Assembly (NCBI GenBank): GCA_017499595.2
Contig: CM039005.1
Location: 1,860,001 to 1,924,000, forward strand
Direction: 5' to 3'
Source of the DNA: Psilocybe cubensis
Taxonomy: Eukaryota
Length of the DNA: 64,000 nucleotides
The notes under the pieces are model-generated. The model saw only the letters and a list, made by a program, of their open reading frames with translations, ran no database searches and was not told the DNA's origin. Both the position numbers and the translations under genes were made by a program. Numbering within the stretch: position 1 is the stretch's first letter; the number at the start of each line of letters is the position of its first letter. This document shows positions 62,812-64,000 of this stretch, in pieces.

Positions 62812-64000
62812 ATGCCGCCACGCTCTCTGTTATCACTCGGACTCCCAAAAGACATCCTCGCAGCACTTGTCCGCAACGGCTACGAGACAGTGCAAGATCT
62901 GACATCAGCCACTCTCGATTCTCTATCCAAAGGTACATACCCATCCACAAACTCAACCCACACGCAGCGCGATCTCACACTCCCAAGACCTCAACTTGCC
63001 TCAGTCAGAGATCGAAGCGCTGTTCGCTCAACGATCTATATCGTTATCTAGCGCGTCGTCGTCGATATTCGCTGCATCCTCTTCCTCTTCCTCTTCCTCT
63101 TCCTCCTTATCCTTATCCTCATCCGCTGCTGCTGCTGTAAGACCCATCCCACCAGCACCCACCCCATCCCTCCCACACACCCAATCCGCCGCCGCCCTCC
63201 TCCGCACCGCACATGCACAACGCACCTCCACGCGCTGCGCTGCGCTCGATGCGCTTCTCCTCCTCGGCAGCAGTAGTTGTAGTAGTAGTAGCCGAGGTGG
63301 TCAGGGTGCGGATGGTGGTGGTGGTGGTGAAGGAGCAGAACGAGGAGGCGGACTCCCGCGCGGACACATTCTCGAGCTCTCAGGCCCGCCTGGGTCCCCG
63401 AAGGAACGCCTTGCGATGGGTCTCGTCGCAGAGGTCGTGGGTCGAGGCGAGGAGGTCATCTTTGTCGGTGAGATACTTTGTCTTTCTTTCCTTCTTTCTT
63501 TCTTACTTTTTTATTTGATTTTGTCTATTTTGTGATTGGATATGTGAGCGTTATCTAAATTGACGTGTTTGGTTTTTTGTAGATTGTCAGCATATGACAA
63601 CGCCCGCGGTGCTCGCTCGCGCTCTAAAAGGTACGTCCCCCTCCCCTTCTCTTCCCTTCCAAAGTCGCATCAAACCATCAAACCATCTACTCACTGATCG
63701 CTGATCATGTCCCAACCGCTTTGAACACTACAGACCACCTCCCAGCGCACGACGCACAAAACGCGATACAGCGTATCCAGTACACGCACATCCACGACCT
63801 CGCACAGTTCTTGTTGTTTATATACCAGCTGCCTGCTATACTCGCCGCGGCGCCAAAGGTACGCATGCGCTTCACGTTGTCTGGTTGTCTGGGGTTTCTG
63901 AACTTGAGTTTATATTCATACCCGACTCTGACATTGGCATTGACGCTAACGCTACCTCACCCACCCAAACTCAACCCACCGAAACATAATTGAACTTAAT
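62812..64000 (+). CDS. RAD51 paralog (RAD51C/Rad55-like), 3' end outside the window
   Basis: HhH-like N-terminus LVRNGYETVQDL, STRCAALDALL, GGLPRGHILELSGPPGSPKE and VIFV|D. An ACGCGT (MCB-like) site lies upstream at 62756. Confidence 0.8.

Noticed and set aside
62034-62956. Several overlapping ORFs of 60-150 aa on both strands
   Set aside because: They have no protein motifs and are explained by the GC-rich RNase P RNA and the antisense strand of the RAD51 paralog.

Overview
Fungal genomic DNA that looks like an agaricomycete, judged from short (~50-60 nt) spliceosomal introns and the gene families present. The left end holds a divergent CYP51, a 7-TM protein, an atypical P450, a GMC oxidoreductase and a peroxisomal 4CL-like acyl-CoA ligase. 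The ligase is split by a nested insertion. A Ty1/copia retrotransposon (12222-30366; 179-bp LTRs that read as identical, CAATG target duplication) sits in one ligase exon. Its pol ORF is in turn split by a 13.5-kb CxC2-KDZ (Kyakuja-Dileera-Zisupton) DNA transposon (14123-27629; 8-bp target duplication) that carries four extra genes. Further right are a GH30 beta-1,6-galactanase, two tandem atypical kinase-like genes with chimeric dgoD/GH30 scars, a D-galactonate dehydratase and a divergent H2A/H2B pair. Then come an F-box protein, an OPT transporter, a macro-domain protein, three tandem membrane-protein paralogs and an aldo-keto reductase. The right end holds a nuclear RNase P RNA gene that the ORF track cannot show (62147-62619) and a RAD51 paralog cut by the window edge. 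Exon boundaries and family calls were made by eye; no database searches were run.
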